Made by a program: the position numbers and the translations under genes. Shown here piece by piece: positions 1 to 10,980 of a stretch of 64,000 nucleotides of DNA (positions within the stretch are counted from its first letter, which is position 1; each line of letters begins with the position of its first letter). The notes under the pieces are model-generated. The model was given only the letters and a program-made list of their open reading frames with translations. It was not told the DNA's origin and did no database searches. Source of the stretch: Microcoleus sp. (lineage in GTDB: Bacteria > Cyanobacteriota > Cyanobacteriia > Cyanobacteriales > Microcoleaceae); contig CP181291.1 of assembly GCA_052279835.1 (NCBI GenBank), positions 1,344,001 through 1,408,000 on the forward strand. The letters are read 5' to 3'.

Positions 1-126
1 ATTAGAATTGAGCTGCTGAGACATATAGAAGAAGGAATAAGGAAGAAGGAAGTTGGCTTGATTTATCTAGGAGCGTCACTTTCTATTATTATTACGTATG
101 AGGATTTATTGTAGGTAGCCCCAAAA

Positions 127-876
127 GTGAAGCTTTTTATTTACCATACCCCGGAACTTACCCCAACGGACAAAATGCCAGCCTGTGCGATCGCCGTTGA
201 CGTGTTGCGGGCGACTACGACAATGGCAACTGCGCTCAACAATGGGGCGGAAGCTGTGCAAGTTTTCAGCGGCTTAGAGCAACTGATGGGGGAGAGCGAA
301 AAATGGCCGGCAGACAAGCGCATTCGGGCCGGAGAGCGTGGCGGTGCGAAAGTTGACGGATTTGATATGGGGAATTCTCCCCTCGACTGCACCCCAGAAA
401 ATGTGACGGGGAAGCGAATTTTTATTAGTACAACTAATGGTACTCGCGCTCTCCAAAGGGTGCAAACTGCGCCGATAGTTTTAACAGCGGCTTTGATTAA
501 TCGGCAAGCTGTGGTGGAGTTTTTGTTAGATAAACAGCCGGAAACTATTGGGATAGTTGGTTCGGGTTGGGAAGGAAGTTATTCCTTGGAAGATAGTGTT
601 TGTGCGGGAGCGATCGCCCACAGCCTCTTGACAAAAACTGGTATTCCTGCTACTGATTTTGCGGGTAACGATGAAGTATTTGCAGCAATGGCGTTGTATC
701 TCCAGTGGGAAAATCAATTGCATCAATTGCTAAAATCTGCTAGTCATGGTCAAAGACTGCTGCGTTTAGGAGTGATTGAAGATTTGAAATATTGCTCGCA
801 AATCGATATTTTAGATGTGCTGCCAATGCAGCGAGAACCGGGAGTTTTGGTGAAGTCGGATGGGAAGATTTCCTAA
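127..876 (+). CDS. comB: 2-phosphosulfolactate phosphatase family protein (ComB-like)
   Basis: [23 protein letters not shown] and EDSVCAG motifs typical of the ComB family; GTG start. Confidence 0.9.
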   Translation: MKLFIYHTPELTPTDKMPACAIAVDVLRATTTMATALNNGAEAVQVFSGLEQLMGESEKWPADKRIRAGERGGAKVDGFDMGNSPLDCTPENVTGKRIFISTTNGTRALQRVQTAPIVLTAALINRQAVVEFLLDKQPETIGIVGSGWEGSYSLEDSVCAGAIAHSLLTKTGIPATDFAGNDEVFAAMALYLQWENQLHQLLKSASHGQRLLRLGVIEDLKYCSQIDILDVLPMQREPGVLVKSDGKIS

Positions 877-913
877 ATAAATAAGACGGAAATCAAGACT
901 AATTTCCTGACGG

Positions 914-2287
914 CTAATCATCAGAAAAGCGCTGAATTAAACATTGGGCAATCCGTCGCGCTGCACCGGGTTTTCCCATGCGGCGCTTGCCATTTTCATC
1001 AATTAGCTGTAATCGGTCTGGATGGTTGAACAAAAACTGGATGGTGCTGGCAACTTCACGGGGATGGTTAACTAAAATTAGGGATGGCCCTAGGAGGCGA
1101 CTTTGCGCTTCGGCAAAAGCTGGTGTAAATTGGGGACCGGTGCCGTTGATGGCGATCGCCGGTTTTCCTAAACCTACAAATTGTTCTGTAGCGGTGCCGG
1201 CCATCGCCACGGCTACATCGGCTTCATACAAATAATCGTTAAAATTGTGCTGACTCAAAATCATGGTTGCTTGTTTCTGCACAAAGGTCAAAGGGAATAG
1301 GAAATTGGGAGATTCCTGGTTGATTTCTTGGCTAGGAGATACAGGAGGTCGCAAAATACTTCCTTCTCGCTGTTGGGTTCTAGTTTCGCCGTCTAGATTC
1401 CAGCCGAATAATTCTACTATGGAGCGCAGGGCTTCTAAATTTAATTCTGGGGAAATGGCTCCTAAAAATAGCAGTTTGCGATCGCCAAAAGTAGATAAAA
1501 TACCCGTTACAGCCTCTAGAATTAGCTGCCAATTAGCGTAAGCTTCCGGGGCTCTAGAACCGGGTAGTAAAGCGATCGCGAGCGATCGAGACCTTTGGCG
1601 AAACTCCGCGCCACCTGCGTAAAATCCGCGGGCTGAGTTTTCCGGTGTCAAGGCATCCATCATCGGATTTCCGAGATTGTAAGCGGGAATGCCTAATTTT
1701 TCCAAGGTCTCGGCCGTCAGGGCATCCCTAGGAAAAACGGCCCGACAGCGCCTTCTAGTCATCAGCCAGCGCTCCCAAGGCAAATAAACCGAGCCCGACC
1801 AAGCCTCCCAACTAAGACGTGGGGACGGGCCATTCACAGGCCCGTTTTCGTCTCGTAGATAATACTCAGACTTGGCGGTACCGACAAAGGCATAGGGGGC
1901 ACCACTGAGCCAAGCAAACAGCAGTGGTACGATATCTCCGACTGCTAAAATAACGGCGTTTTGATTTCCCGACTGTTGGTGCGATCGCACCCAAGCACGG
2001 ATGGCTTTAAATTGAGCGATGGTAAGTTGCAGCAAGCCGCCTTTGATGTCGCGCAAAAACTCCCTTCCGTCCATGTAGATAAAGCCGCCAGAAGGCATCC
2101 GCTGCACCGGGCCGATGACGCGGGCGTTGTGCAGTTTCGCGAAAGCTTGCCCTTCGCCTACCAGTGGAAATACTGATAATTCTGGTGGATGTGGCTGCTG
2201 TTGCAGTTCCTGTAAGATGCGAAGGGCGATCGCGTCTTCTCCGTGACCGTTACTAAGGCAAAGTAATTTCAATCCTAAAACTCTCAA
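914..2287 (-). CDS. Cyanobacterial lipid-A-disaccharide synthase-related protein (GT-B fold)
   Basis: N-terminal LSNGHGED, MPSGGF, GTAKS, LLPGSR and MAGTATEQ motifs of the conserved cyanobacterial LpxB-related family. Confidence 0.8.
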   Translation of the reverse strand: MRVLGLKLLCLSNGHGEDAIALRILQELQQQPHPPELSVFPLVGEGQAFAKLHNARVIGPVQRMPSGGFIYMDGREFLRDIKGGLLQLTIAQFKAIRAWVRSHQQSGNQNAVILAVGDIVPLLFAWLSGAPYAFVGTAKSEYYLRDENGPVNGPSPRLSWEAWSGSVYLPWERWLMTRRRCRAVFPRDALTAETLEKLGIPAYNLGNPMMDALTPENSARGFYAGGAEFRQRSRSLAIALLPGSRAPEAYANWQLILEAVTGILSTFGDRKLLFLGAISPELNLEALRSIVELFGWNLDGETRTQQREGSILRPPVSPSQEINQESPNFLFPLTFVQKQATMILSQHNFNDYLYEADVAVAMAGTATEQFVGLGKPAIAINGTGPQFTPAFAEAQSRLLGPSLILVNHPREVASTIQFLFNHPDRLQLIDENGKRRMGKPGAARRIAQCLIQRFSDD

Positions 2288-2324
2288 AAATTATATTATA
2301 CTAATAAATGTCAACTAATAACTG

Positions 2325-5300
2325 TTAACTAATAACGGTCTCTACACCCTCAATATATTGCTTTAAAAGACTCCGAATTTGTTTAAGTCCAAATTTCTTA
2401 GCCAGTTGGCGGACGCGACTAACCAGCGATATTAACTTCGGCTCTAAACTTTCGAGCTTAACCGCCTCATCAAAAATTCCTTCGATGTCACCCATAGCTG
2501 CTAATTTTAACATTCTCGCGACAGACTCAGCAACGGGAGGTAATAAAGTAGAGTAAGTTGGCAACTCAGATTTGGGTGATACACTTGCAGTTTTTCGCTG
2601 TTTGCTTTCCAAAAAGTCCTCGTAAATCCATTCTAGTCCCAAATGTAAGCCCAACTGTTCTAAAAAGTGATGTGCTTCGATGGGCTTGGGCATAAAATAA
2701 TCGCAGCCAGCTAGTAGACTCTCTTGTTGCGTCTTCTCAAAAGCACTAGCTGACAGGGCAATTAAGACTACATCTTTTAATTCAGGTGACTGACGCACTC
2801 GTCGCGCAGTTTCCAAGCCGTCCATAACCGGCATCAGCAAATCCATTAAAATGACATTTGGTTTAAATTCAACTGCTTTGTGGAGGCATTCTTGACCGTT
2901 TTCTGCTTCAGCAATTTCAAACCCCAAACGGGAAAGCAGCTTGGATAACATAGAGCGATTTAATTGATTGTCATCCACGATTAGCACTTTGCGCTTGTCG
3001 CCCACAAAGCCCACCAGCCAACGTTTTTCCTGCAAACTAGCCACTTCTAAGTAGGGTTTTGGTGCGGCAAACTCTAAGTCTAGCCAAAAAATGCTGCCTT
3101 GGCCTAAAGTGCTTTTAACTTTAATTTCGCTACCCATTAGTTTGGCTAATTTGCGGCTAATTGAAAGTCCCAGACCTGTACCTTCAACAAATCTGTTGGT
3201 CCCTACTTGCTGGAAGGGCAAAAATATTTCTTCTAACTTACTTGAGTCTATTCCCGTGCCAGTATCTTCGACTTGAAATCGAATTTTGAGAGCGTGTTTA
3301 TCGGGAATTAAATTTTGGCAGAAGCGCAGATAATTCTGTTTCAGTTCCGAACTCAAAGTCGAGAGTTCCGTGTTTTTTCCTTGTCCCCGCCTCCAGGCCT
3401 CAGTGCCGACATACCCGACTTTGAAAGTGACTCGACCACTGTTAGTAAATTTCACAGCATTTCCCAGTAAATTTATGAGAATTTGACGCAATCTTTTTTC
3501 ATCAATATAGACTGATTGAGGCAGGGGAGATACTTGTTCGTAACTAAATTCAATATCTTTTTGGGATGCTCGCATTTGAAACAGATCGGCAAGGTTTTTA
3601 ATAAATTTAGAAAAATTTAACTCGGTGGGGTAGAGTTCCATTTTCTTGGCTTCGATTTTGGAAAGGTCTAAAACATCTTCGATCAGCATTAGTAGATGTT
3701 GGCCACATTGTTGAATGTTGTTGAGGCTTTCTTGATGATCGGGGCTTAAAGTTTTATCTGTTTTGAGGATTTGAGCGTAACCTAAAACGCCGTTTAAGGG
3801 TGTGCGAAGTTCGTGGCTCATGTTGGCGAGAAATTCGCTTTTGGCGCGATTGGCTGTTTCTGCGACTAATGCGGCTTTTTGGAGGGCTGCTTCTGCTTGT
3901 TTGCGATCGGCTATTTCGGTTTGTGCTTGTTGAAATAGTGTGGATTGCTGAATGGCGATGGCTAATTGCACGCACAATTGTCTGAGGGATTCTATGTCTG
4001 AGGATTCCCAAGAACGCGATCCGTTGCAATCGTAGGCGATCAGCAGTCCCCAGAGTGGATTTTCGGTGGTAGTTTTAGGGTAGGAAAAATTTTCTCCGGC
4101 TTTTAAAATGGGGACTATTAATTCAGCTTTGACTTCAAATTGATTCAGAAAATTTATGTAGGGTTCGCTCAAATTTTCCTGATGGATATTTTCTATAGAG
4201 CGCACCCAACCTTGTTGGTAAAGCTCAACAAAATTTGCTGCAAAGCAGGGGTATGGGATGTTTAGATCCCTTAGTGGCGTGCAGTTTTGGTCAAGGGACT
4301 CGACCACTACAAGACCGCTCCAGTCTGGATTGAAGCGGTAAATAACTGTGCGGTCTGTTTGTAATAATTGTCGCACTTGTTCGACGGCTGTGGTGAGTAT
4401 TTCTTCTAAATTGAGGGAGGAACGAATGCGATCGAGCATCGCGACTACCAGCCGTTCTCGTCTTAATTGTTGTACCAATGCCTTTTCGGCTTGTTTGCGT
4501 TCGGTGATATCGGTAATTACTCCTACTAACCCGATTAAATTTCCTGTTTCATCTTTAATACTATCGGCTCGAAATAGAGTTGGTACGAGTTCGTTATTTT
4601 TAGTTTTGATTTTGATTTCGCCTTTCCAAGGTTGGCCTTTACGCAGGATTTTAAAGATTTCTAATAATACGTGATTTTTTGGGTAAATAACTATTGCTCC
4701 ACCAGCTTGATTTAGTTCTGCCACTGTGTAACCGTACCGCTGAATAAAGGCTTGGTTATGATAGATCGATCGCCCTTTGAGGTCAGCAATGACGATCGCA
4801 TCGCTGGTACTTTCGACGGCTTGAGTAACGCGGAGTAGGTCTAATTCTGCTTGTTTGCGATCGCTAATATCAGTAATAGTACCCACATAGCCTTTAATTT
4901 CGCCACCATCTCCGATTTCCGCTACTGCTTGACCGATAACCCAACTGACAGCACCGTCTGGACGCAAAAAGCGATATTCTGATTTAAAAGGAACTCGATC
5001 GATTACAGCCTGATACCATTGAGTGTTGACTCGCTCCACGTCATCTGGATGTACGGCATTCAACCAGCCTGTGTCTGCTGCTAATTCCGCGTCCACACCC
5101 GTGATTTCACTCCATCGTTGATTCACATAAAGGAAATTTCCCAAAGTGTCCGTATGAAATATACAAACTGGCGATGCTTCTGCTAAAGTTTGGTAGCGGA
5201 GCTGACTGGCTCGCAGGGCTGATTCGGCTTGTTTTCTCTTAGTAATATCGCGAACTATGGAAATTATCTCGCCACCTGCCAGCATTGTCAGTGATACTTC

Positions 5301-7541
5301 TTGAGGGAAAGTAGTACCGTCTAGGCGCTGGCCAGTAGCTTCTATATGGCAATATCCTTTTTCTTGAATTGCGGGCATTATTTGGGTGTCAAACTGTTGA
5401 TATTCCGAGGATGTATAGAGCATCTTCCAGTTTTTTCCCAACAAGTCAGATTGTCGAGAAAATCCATACATTTTCAGATAAGCGTGATTTGAATAAATAT
5501 ATTCTTCACGAGAATTGAGGATGGCGATACCGTCATAAGCAGCGGCTATTGCTACTGCTTGCCGCTGGAGTGTGGACTCTACTTGTTTGCGTGAGGTGAT
5601 GTCGCGACCAACTGCATAAATTAAACCTTCTTGGCTAAATGGTGAGGCAGTCCAGAGCAACCATTTGTAAGAACCATCTTTGCAGAGATAGCGATTTTCA
5701 AAGTAAAAAGTGGGAATACCAGCCATTAATTTTTTGACTTCAGCAGCGCTGGCTTCTCGATCGTCTGGATGAACAAAATCCAGGACTGGCTGGGCGAGAA
5801 GTTCAGCAATACTGTAGCCTAGGGCTGTTGACCAGGCTGGGTTTAAGCGTTTGAAATAACCGTCAAAATCCAGAATACAAAGCAAGTCTAAGGAGATGGT
5901 AAAGAAGCGATCGCGCTCTGCTTGGGCCTGCTTCAATTCAGTAATATCAATCACTAAACCATCCCAGATAATCTCAGATTTGCTCCCAGATTTTGAAGGA
6001 TTATTCAGTATTTCCGGTCTCGAACATCCTTGGAGCCACTTAACTTTTCCTGATGGCAAAATGTGCCGCCACTGTTGCTGCCAGGGCTGCATAGTGGTGG
6101 CGGAAATGGCGATGGATTCTTCTATCTTTGAGATATCTTCTGCATGAATTCTGTTAAAAATTAATTCGGAATTTTCCTGTATTACTTCTGGCTCTAGTTC
6201 GTAGAGTTCGCGACAACCACAAGATACATAAGGAAAAGATTTTTTTCCCTGGGATGAGAGTTTAAATTGATAAATGGCTCCGGGTAGGTTGGCAACAAGT
6301 CTTTGAAATCTAGCTTCGCTTTTTTCTAGGGCTATTTGTTGAAGTCTGTATTCAGTGATATCTCGAATTGTACCTACTAATATTTTACTGCCGTCTGTTT
6401 TTTTGAAGACTGTTTTTTTGGTAGAAACAATGTGTTTTTTTCCAGTGACATCGGTAAAATTTTCTTCGGTTTCGTTAGGAATGTCAGTATGCAATACTTC
6501 TTCATCTTTTTTCCAAAAAAACTCAGCTTCAGCTAGGGGGAAAAAGTCATAATCGGATTTACCGATAAGTTCTTCTCGTGGTTTGCCGATCAACTCACAA
6601 AAAGCATCGTTTAAAATCATCCAGCGATGTTGCTCGTCTTTGACAAAAATTGGATCGGGAATGACATTGATAGTGTGGTTTAAAAATTGCTCGGATGCTT
6701 TTAGTTGGGATTCGTATCGGTAGCGATCGCTCACGTCCAAGACTACTTTAATCATCCGATCGATCGACCCATCCCGACGACGAATACAGCGGAGAGAAAC
6801 TCGCGTGTAAACTATTCCCCCGTCTTTTCTCACCCACTTTTTATCGGAGATGTACCCGTCGCTCGTACCTGCTAAAATTTGAGATAATTGTTCAATGTTA
6901 TTGCTATAGTCCTCTGGATGAGTCAAGTCCAACCAGTTTTTTTCTATGAGTTCGTCACGCTCATAGCCCAGCAAATTGCACAAAGCATCGTTAGTTTCGA
7001 TCCAGTTAAAGTTTTCAGAAATGGCTGGTTCAATAATTGGAGCAACGATGGCAATTCCAATCAGAGAATTTTCAACTACAGAACGATATTTTTCTTCGCT
7101 TTTTCGCAAAGCATCTTGACTGTTTTGGCGCTCGATGGCGTAGCGGAGCGATCGCATTAAAAGTTCGCCATCTATTTTTCTTTTTACTAAATAATCCTGT
7201 ACGCCCACGGAGATTAACCGCAGTGCAAGTTCCTGGTCATTTTGACCTGTCAGCACCACAATTGGCACACTGACACCATGCTGTTGTATGCTAGTTACTG
7301 TCTCAATGCCCCGACTGTCTGGCAGTGAAAGGTCTAATAAAATTATGTCAAATTTTTCTTGATTCAAATGGAGTATTGCTTCACTGAGGCGCTCTACTTT
7401 TGTGAGCGATATCTGCTGTGCATCGCTATCGCTCATTCCTGACAGCAAATCTTCAATCAATTCTGCTTCATAAGCATTGTCTTCCACCAACAACACTTTA
7501 AAGCAGGTAGGAGGTAAAGATAAGTCAAAAACTGCTTTCAT
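2325..7541 (-). CDS. Hybrid sensor histidine kinase: REC - 7xPAS/PAC - GAF - HisKA - HATPase - REC
   Basis: N-terminal REC (LLVED...LLDLSLPD); seven PAS modules ending in DITE/DISD-type motifs; GAF; H-box [27 protein letters not shown]-terminal REC (LMDLLMP). Confidence 0.93.
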   Translation of the reverse strand: MKAVFDLSLPPTCFKVLLVEDNAYEAELIEDLLSGMSDSDAQQISLTKVERLSEAILHLNQEKFDIILLDLSLPDSRGIETVTSIQQHGVSVPIVVLTGQNDQELALRLISVGVQDYLVKRKIDGELLMRSLRYAIERQNSQDALRKSEEKYRSVVENSLIGIAIVAPIIEPAISENFNWIETNDALCNLLGYERDELIEKNWLDLTHPEDYSNNIEQLSQILAGTSDGYISDKKWVRKDGGIVYTRVSLRCIRRRDGSIDRMIKVVLDVSDRYRYESQLKASEQFLNHTINVIPDPIFVKDEQHRWMILNDAFCELIGKPREELIGKSDYDFFPLAEAEFFWKKDEEVLHTDIPNETEENFTDVTGKKHIVSTKKTVFKKTDGSKILVGTIRDITEYRLQQIALEKSEARFQRLVANLPGAIYQFKLSSQGKKSFPYVSCGCRELYELEPEVIQENSELIFNRIHAEDISKIEESIAISATTMQPWQQQWRHILPSGKVKWLQGCSRPEILNNPSKSGSKSEIIWDGLVIDITELKQAQAERDRFFTISLDLLCILDFDGYFKRLNPAWSTALGYSIAELLAQPVLDFVHPDDREASAAEVKKLMAGIPTFYFENRYLCKDGSYKWLLWTASPFSQEGLIYAVGRDITSRKQVESTLQRQAVAIAAAYDGIAILNSREEYIYSNHAYLKMYGFSRQSDLLGKNWKMLYTSSEYQQFDTQIMPAIQEKGYCHIEATGQRLDGTTFPQEVSLTMLAGGEIISIVRDITKRKQAESALRASQLRYQTLAEASPVCIFHTDTLGNFLYVNQRWSEITGVDAELAADTGWLNAVHPDDVERVNTQWYQAVIDRVPFKSEYRFLRPDGAVSWVIGQAVAEIGDGGEIKGYVGTITDISDRKQAELDLLRVTQAVESTSDAIVIADLKGRSIYHNQAFIQRYGYTVAELNQAGGAIVIYPKNHVLLEIFKILRKGQPWKGEIKIKTKNNELVPTLFRADSIKDETGNLIGLVGVITDITERKQAEKALVQQLRRERLVVAMLDRIRSSLNLEEILTTAVEQVRQLLQTDRTVIYRFNPDWSGLVVVESLDQNCTPLRDLNIPYPCFAANFVELYQQGWVRSIENIHQENLSEPYINFLNQFEVKAELIVPILKAGENFSYPKTTTENPLWGLLIAYDCNGSRSWESSDIESLRQLCVQLAIAIQQSTLFQQAQTEIADRKQAEAALQKAALVAETANRAKSEFLANMSHELRTPLNGVLGYAQILKTDKTLSPDHQESLNNIQQCGQHLLMLIEDVLDLSKIEAKKMELYPTELNFSKFIKNLADLFQMRASQKDIEFSYEQVSPLPQSVYIDEKRLRQILINLLGNAVKFTNSGRVTFKVGYVGTEAWRRGQGKNTELSTLSSELKQNYLRFCQNLIPDKHALKIRFQVEDTGTGIDSSKLEEIFLPFQQVGTNRFVEGTGLGLSISRKLAKLMGSEIKVKSTLGQGSIFWLDLEFAAPKPYLEVASLQEKRWLVGFVGDKRKVLIVDDNQLNRSMLSKLLSRLGFEIAEAENGQECLHKAVEFKPNVILMDLLMPVMDGLETARRVRQSPELKDVVLIALSASAFEKTQQESLLAGCDYFMPKPIEAHHFLEQLGLHLGLEWIYEDFLESKQRKTASVSPKSELPTYSTLLPPVAESVARMLKLAAMGDIEGIFDEAVKLESLEPKLISLVSRVRQLAKKFGLKQIRSLLKQYIEGVETVIS

Positions 7542-7797
7542 AATAGTTAGTTATTAATCTAAAGATTATTGGTAAACCTAACTTGGATTGCACCTTTGTT
7601 GAGGAAGGTATTTACTAAATTGTAGCTACACATACATTACTATTAGAATGGCAGTGCAATGTCAGGCTATAAAAAATCTTGAAGCCAGACAATTATATCA
7701 TAAACTAACCGTGATGTCAACGCACTTTTTTTTCCTAACTTGTTACTTTAGTAACTGACCAAAAAGTTGTTTTTTTATTTAATCCAAATAATAAAAA

Positions 7798-9108
7798 TCA
7801 CAAATTAACACTATTTTCATTGAGAGTAAAGTAAAAAATTGAACCTTGACCTGGTTCCGAATTTACCCAAATACGTCCCCCATGAAGTTCCACAATTTTT
7901 TGACAAATTGCCAAGCCAATACCTGTACCAGAATATTCTTTTTGAGTGTGCAATCGCTGGAAAATTTGAAATATGCGTTCTTGATGCTGCCGTGCAATCC
8001 CAATGCCATTATCTGCCACAGAAAATAGCCAATGATCGTGCTGTTTGCAAACACTGATGGAAATAGCAGGCGGTTCATTTTTGCGATATTTAATGGCATT
8101 GCCGACTAAATTTTGGAATAATTGCACGAGTTGGGAAATCTCGCCATTAACTACGGGTAACTCACCATAGGAAACTACAGCTTGGGTATCACGAATCACC
8201 CCTTGTAAATTAGCGAGAGCTTGCTCTAATACCTGATTGCAATTAGTAGGTTTAAAAGGCTTATGACTGCGACCTACTCGCGAGTATTCCAGCAAATCAT
8301 CAATTAAAGCTTGCATTCTCGTGCAGCCTTGAACAATATTCCCAATAAACTTATTAGCTTGACTATCTAGTTGTTCTTGGTAGCGTTTTTCTAAAAGCTG
8401 AGCGTAACTAGCTATAGTAGCCAAAGGCGCTTGCAAATCATGAGAGGCCACATAAGCAAATTGTTCTAGTTCGGCATTAGAACGAGCCAATTCTTGATTA
8501 GATTTCAAGAGAGCAGATTCGACGCGCTGGCGATTCCCTATCTCTTTTTGGAGCAACAAATTTTGTTCTTGCAGGGTTTTTTCAACAGCACAGCGAGTGC
8601 TGATTTCTTGTTGCAAAATTTGATTTTTTTCGTGGAGAACTTCTTCGACGGCTAAGCGGCTGCTGATTTCTTCTTGAAGAAGTACGTTTTGTTCTTTTAG
8701 CTGTTTTTGCAAATTCCGCAGGGTGAGATGACTTTCGATGCGTACCAACACTTCTTCAAACTGAAATGGCTTGCTGATGTAGTCTACGCCCCCTACGGCA
8801 AAGGCATTTACTTTGTCAAATACTTCATCTTTGGCGCTGATAAAAATTACCGGAATATCGCGAGTTATAGCATCATTTTTGAGGTGTTGACATACTTCGT
8901 AGCCATTCATTTCCGGCATCATGATATCGAGCAAAATCAAATCCGGCGGATTAGAATTGCAGGCTCTCAGAGCCATTTGCCCGTTAATGACGCAGCGCGG
9001 CACATAACCCCGCTGACTTAACATTGTAGACAAAAGACGCAGATTTTCTGGCGTATCATCTACTACTAAAATGTTGCCTAGTGAGGTTTTTTGTTCGTTA
9101 TTATTCAT
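7798..9108 (-). CDS. Response regulator receiver - histidine kinase (Cph1-type kinase module)
   Basis: REC (VVDD, LLDIMMP, KPF), coiled-coil linker, H-box ASHDLQAPL, NLVGNAIKY, GTGIGL. Confidence 0.9.
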   Translation of the reverse strand: MNNNEQKTSLGNILVVDDTPENLRLLSTMLSQRGYVPRCVINGQMALRACNSNPPDLILLDIMMPEMNGYEVCQHLKNDAITRDIPVIFISAKDEVFDKVNAFAVGGVDYISKPFQFEEVLVRIESHLTLRNLQKQLKEQNVLLQEEISSRLAVEEVLHEKNQILQQEISTRCAVEKTLQEQNLLLQKEIGNRQRVESALLKSNQELARSNAELEQFAYVASHDLQAPLATIASYAQLLEKRYQEQLDSQANKFIGNIVQGCTRMQALIDDLLEYSRVGRSHKPFKPTNCNQVLEQALANLQGVIRDTQAVVSYGELPVVNGEISQLVQLFQNLVGNAIKYRKNEPPAISISVCKQHDHWLFSVADNGIGIARQHQERIFQIFQRLHTQKEYSGTGIGLAICQKIVELHGGRIWVNSEPGQGSIFYFTLNENSVNL

Positions 9109-9194
9109 GAGATTTTTTTGTTTCAGATTTAACTAAAGATAGTTGTGGATATTTAATTTTAAATTAAGTGATGGGAAATTTTGTTAGCTTTTCA

Positions 9195-10856
9195 TTATAA
9201 TAGACTACCTTCCCCTATTTGACGCTTTTTTTCTAACATTGCTTCTAATTTTTGAAATATCTCTATATCTTTAGGTCTGATTTCTAAGGCGATGGAGTAC
9301 AATACTGTGGCTGCGTCAAGCCGATCGCTCTCGGCAAAATTTTGCGCTACTTCACAGTAAAATTCCAGAGGATATAGTGGCTGCTTTCCATGATGATAGT
9401 AGCTAGTTACTATGTCTGAATTTACCGGAGTTCTTTTTGTTAAAGCTTCGCCTAACTTTGTGTAAAGATTAGGGAGATTTTGGTCTAGTTGCAGCGCACC
9501 CAGGTAGGCGAAAACAGCATCGTTCCAGTTGTGGATTTCCCTCAAAGCATCACCTAAATTGTAATGAGACCAAGAAATATGTGGATTGAGTTGAATGGCG
9601 CGCTGGTAAGCGGTAGCTGCTGCTTTCCACTGTTCGGTTTTTAACAGGAGTTCTCCTAAATTATGGTAAGTCCAAGAGAATTCTGGATTGAGGGCGATCG
9701 CCCGCTGATAGGCAACTATTGCGTCTGGAAAATTTTCCATTTTAACTAAAGTCAAAGCTAAGTTATATTGAGACCAGAATAATTCTGAATTAAGAGCGAG
9801 GGCTGCTGTGTATGCAGCCACGGCTTCCGACCATTTTTCTAGTTTAAAAAGAGCATCTCCCCATTTGTGAAATGCTATAAAAGAGTTGTGATATAATTCA
9901 GTAGCGCGCTGATAAGCGGTTGCGGATTCTGACCATTTTTCTAATTTGTCGCAGGCTTCACCGATGCTGTAGTAACCCGAGGAACAATCGGGGTCAATTT
10001 CAACACTGGTGCGGTAGGCGATGAGAGCTTCTTGCCATTTTTCTAATTTGAACAGAACGTTGCCTAAGTTATAATAATACGAAAAAGAGTTGGGATTCAA
10101 ATCAATACTTTCCCGGTAGGCTGTGACCGCTTCATGCAACAGTCCCTTTGCTTGCAAAGCATTACCTAATTTATAATAAATCTCGGAAATTTCTGGTAAT
10201 ATTTTGATAGCTTGGCGGTAGTTAGCAATAGCTTCATCCCACTGTTGTAACTGGGTAGCAGCGTCTGCTAATTTATAATAAGCTTCGCAACAACTGGGGT
10301 TTAAAATAAGAGTGCGTTTGTAACAATTTATTGCTAATTCTGGTTTGTTTTGTGCGGATAAAGTATTGCCTAAATCGAGGTATTCTTCTGGTATTTCTAC
10401 AGGTGTCAGCATGAGTGCTTGATACCAACAATTGGCGGCTTCCTCAGCTTTGCCAACTTGGGTAAATACGCGGCTTAAATTACGGTAAAATCCTGCAAAG
10501 TCTGGTTGTAGGGAGATGGCTGTTTGGTAACAGGCGATCGCCTCTTGCCATTGCTCCAAGGTAGCACAGAGAGTGCCGAGGTTGGCAAAAGCTTCGGCAA
10601 AATCGGGTTTGAGGGCGATCGCAACTTTGTACCAATACCTTGCGTCTTCTAGTTTACCCTGAGCTTGCAGCGCCTTCCCTAGGGTTTTGCAAGTCTCGGC
10701 GGAATTGGGATCGGATGCCAAAACTTGTTGACAAAGTGCGATCGCTTCGTCTAATTTCCCTAAAGCCAAATATATTTCTGCTTGTTGTTGAAAATCGAGG
10801 GCTACTATTTCTGAATTCACTTTTTGCATTCCTGTGGAGTAATAATTACCTGTCAA
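9195..10856 (-). CDS. Tetratricopeptide repeat protein
   Basis: Many consecutive 34-aa TPR units (e.g. AYYKLADA...WDEAIANYRQAI..P); start codon uncertain. Confidence 0.9.
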   Translation of the reverse strand: MTGNYYSTGMQKVNSEIVALDFQQQAEIYLALGKLDEAIALCQQVLASDPNSAETCKTLGKALQAQGKLEDARYWYKVAIALKPDFAEAFANLGTLCATLEQWQEAIACYQTAISLQPDFAGFYRNLSRVFTQVGKAEEAANCWYQALMLTPVEIPEEYLDLGNTLSAQNKPELAINCYKRTLILNPSCCEAYYKLADAATQLQQWDEAIANYRQAIKILPEISEIYYKLGNALQAKGLLHEAVTAYRESIDLNPNSFSYYYNLGNVLFKLEKWQEALIAYRTSVEIDPDCSSGYYSIGEACDKLEKWSESATAYQRATELYHNSFIAFHKWGDALFKLEKWSEAVAAYTAALALNSELFWSQYNLALTLVKMENFPDAIVAYQRAIALNPEFSWTYHNLGELLLKTEQWKAAATAYQRAIQLNPHISWSHYNLGDALREIHNWNDAVFAYLGALQLDQNLPNLYTKLGEALTKRTPVNSDIVTSYYHHGKQPLYPLEFYCEVAQNFAESDRLDAATVLYSIALEIRPKDIEIFQKLEAMLEKKRQIGEGSLL

Positions 10857-10980
10857 AGTATATGTTACAACTTACCTAAGTTAAAATTCAACCAAGTACA
10901 TCTACTGACCGACAAAAGGCGATCGAAGTCTGCAACATTAATATAAACTAAATAATAATACATTAACAGGGAGATCAAGA

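Noticed and set aside
127..876. Coenzyme M biosynthesis inferred from comB
   Set aside because: ComB-like genes are widespread in cyanobacteria, and no other com genes are in the window.
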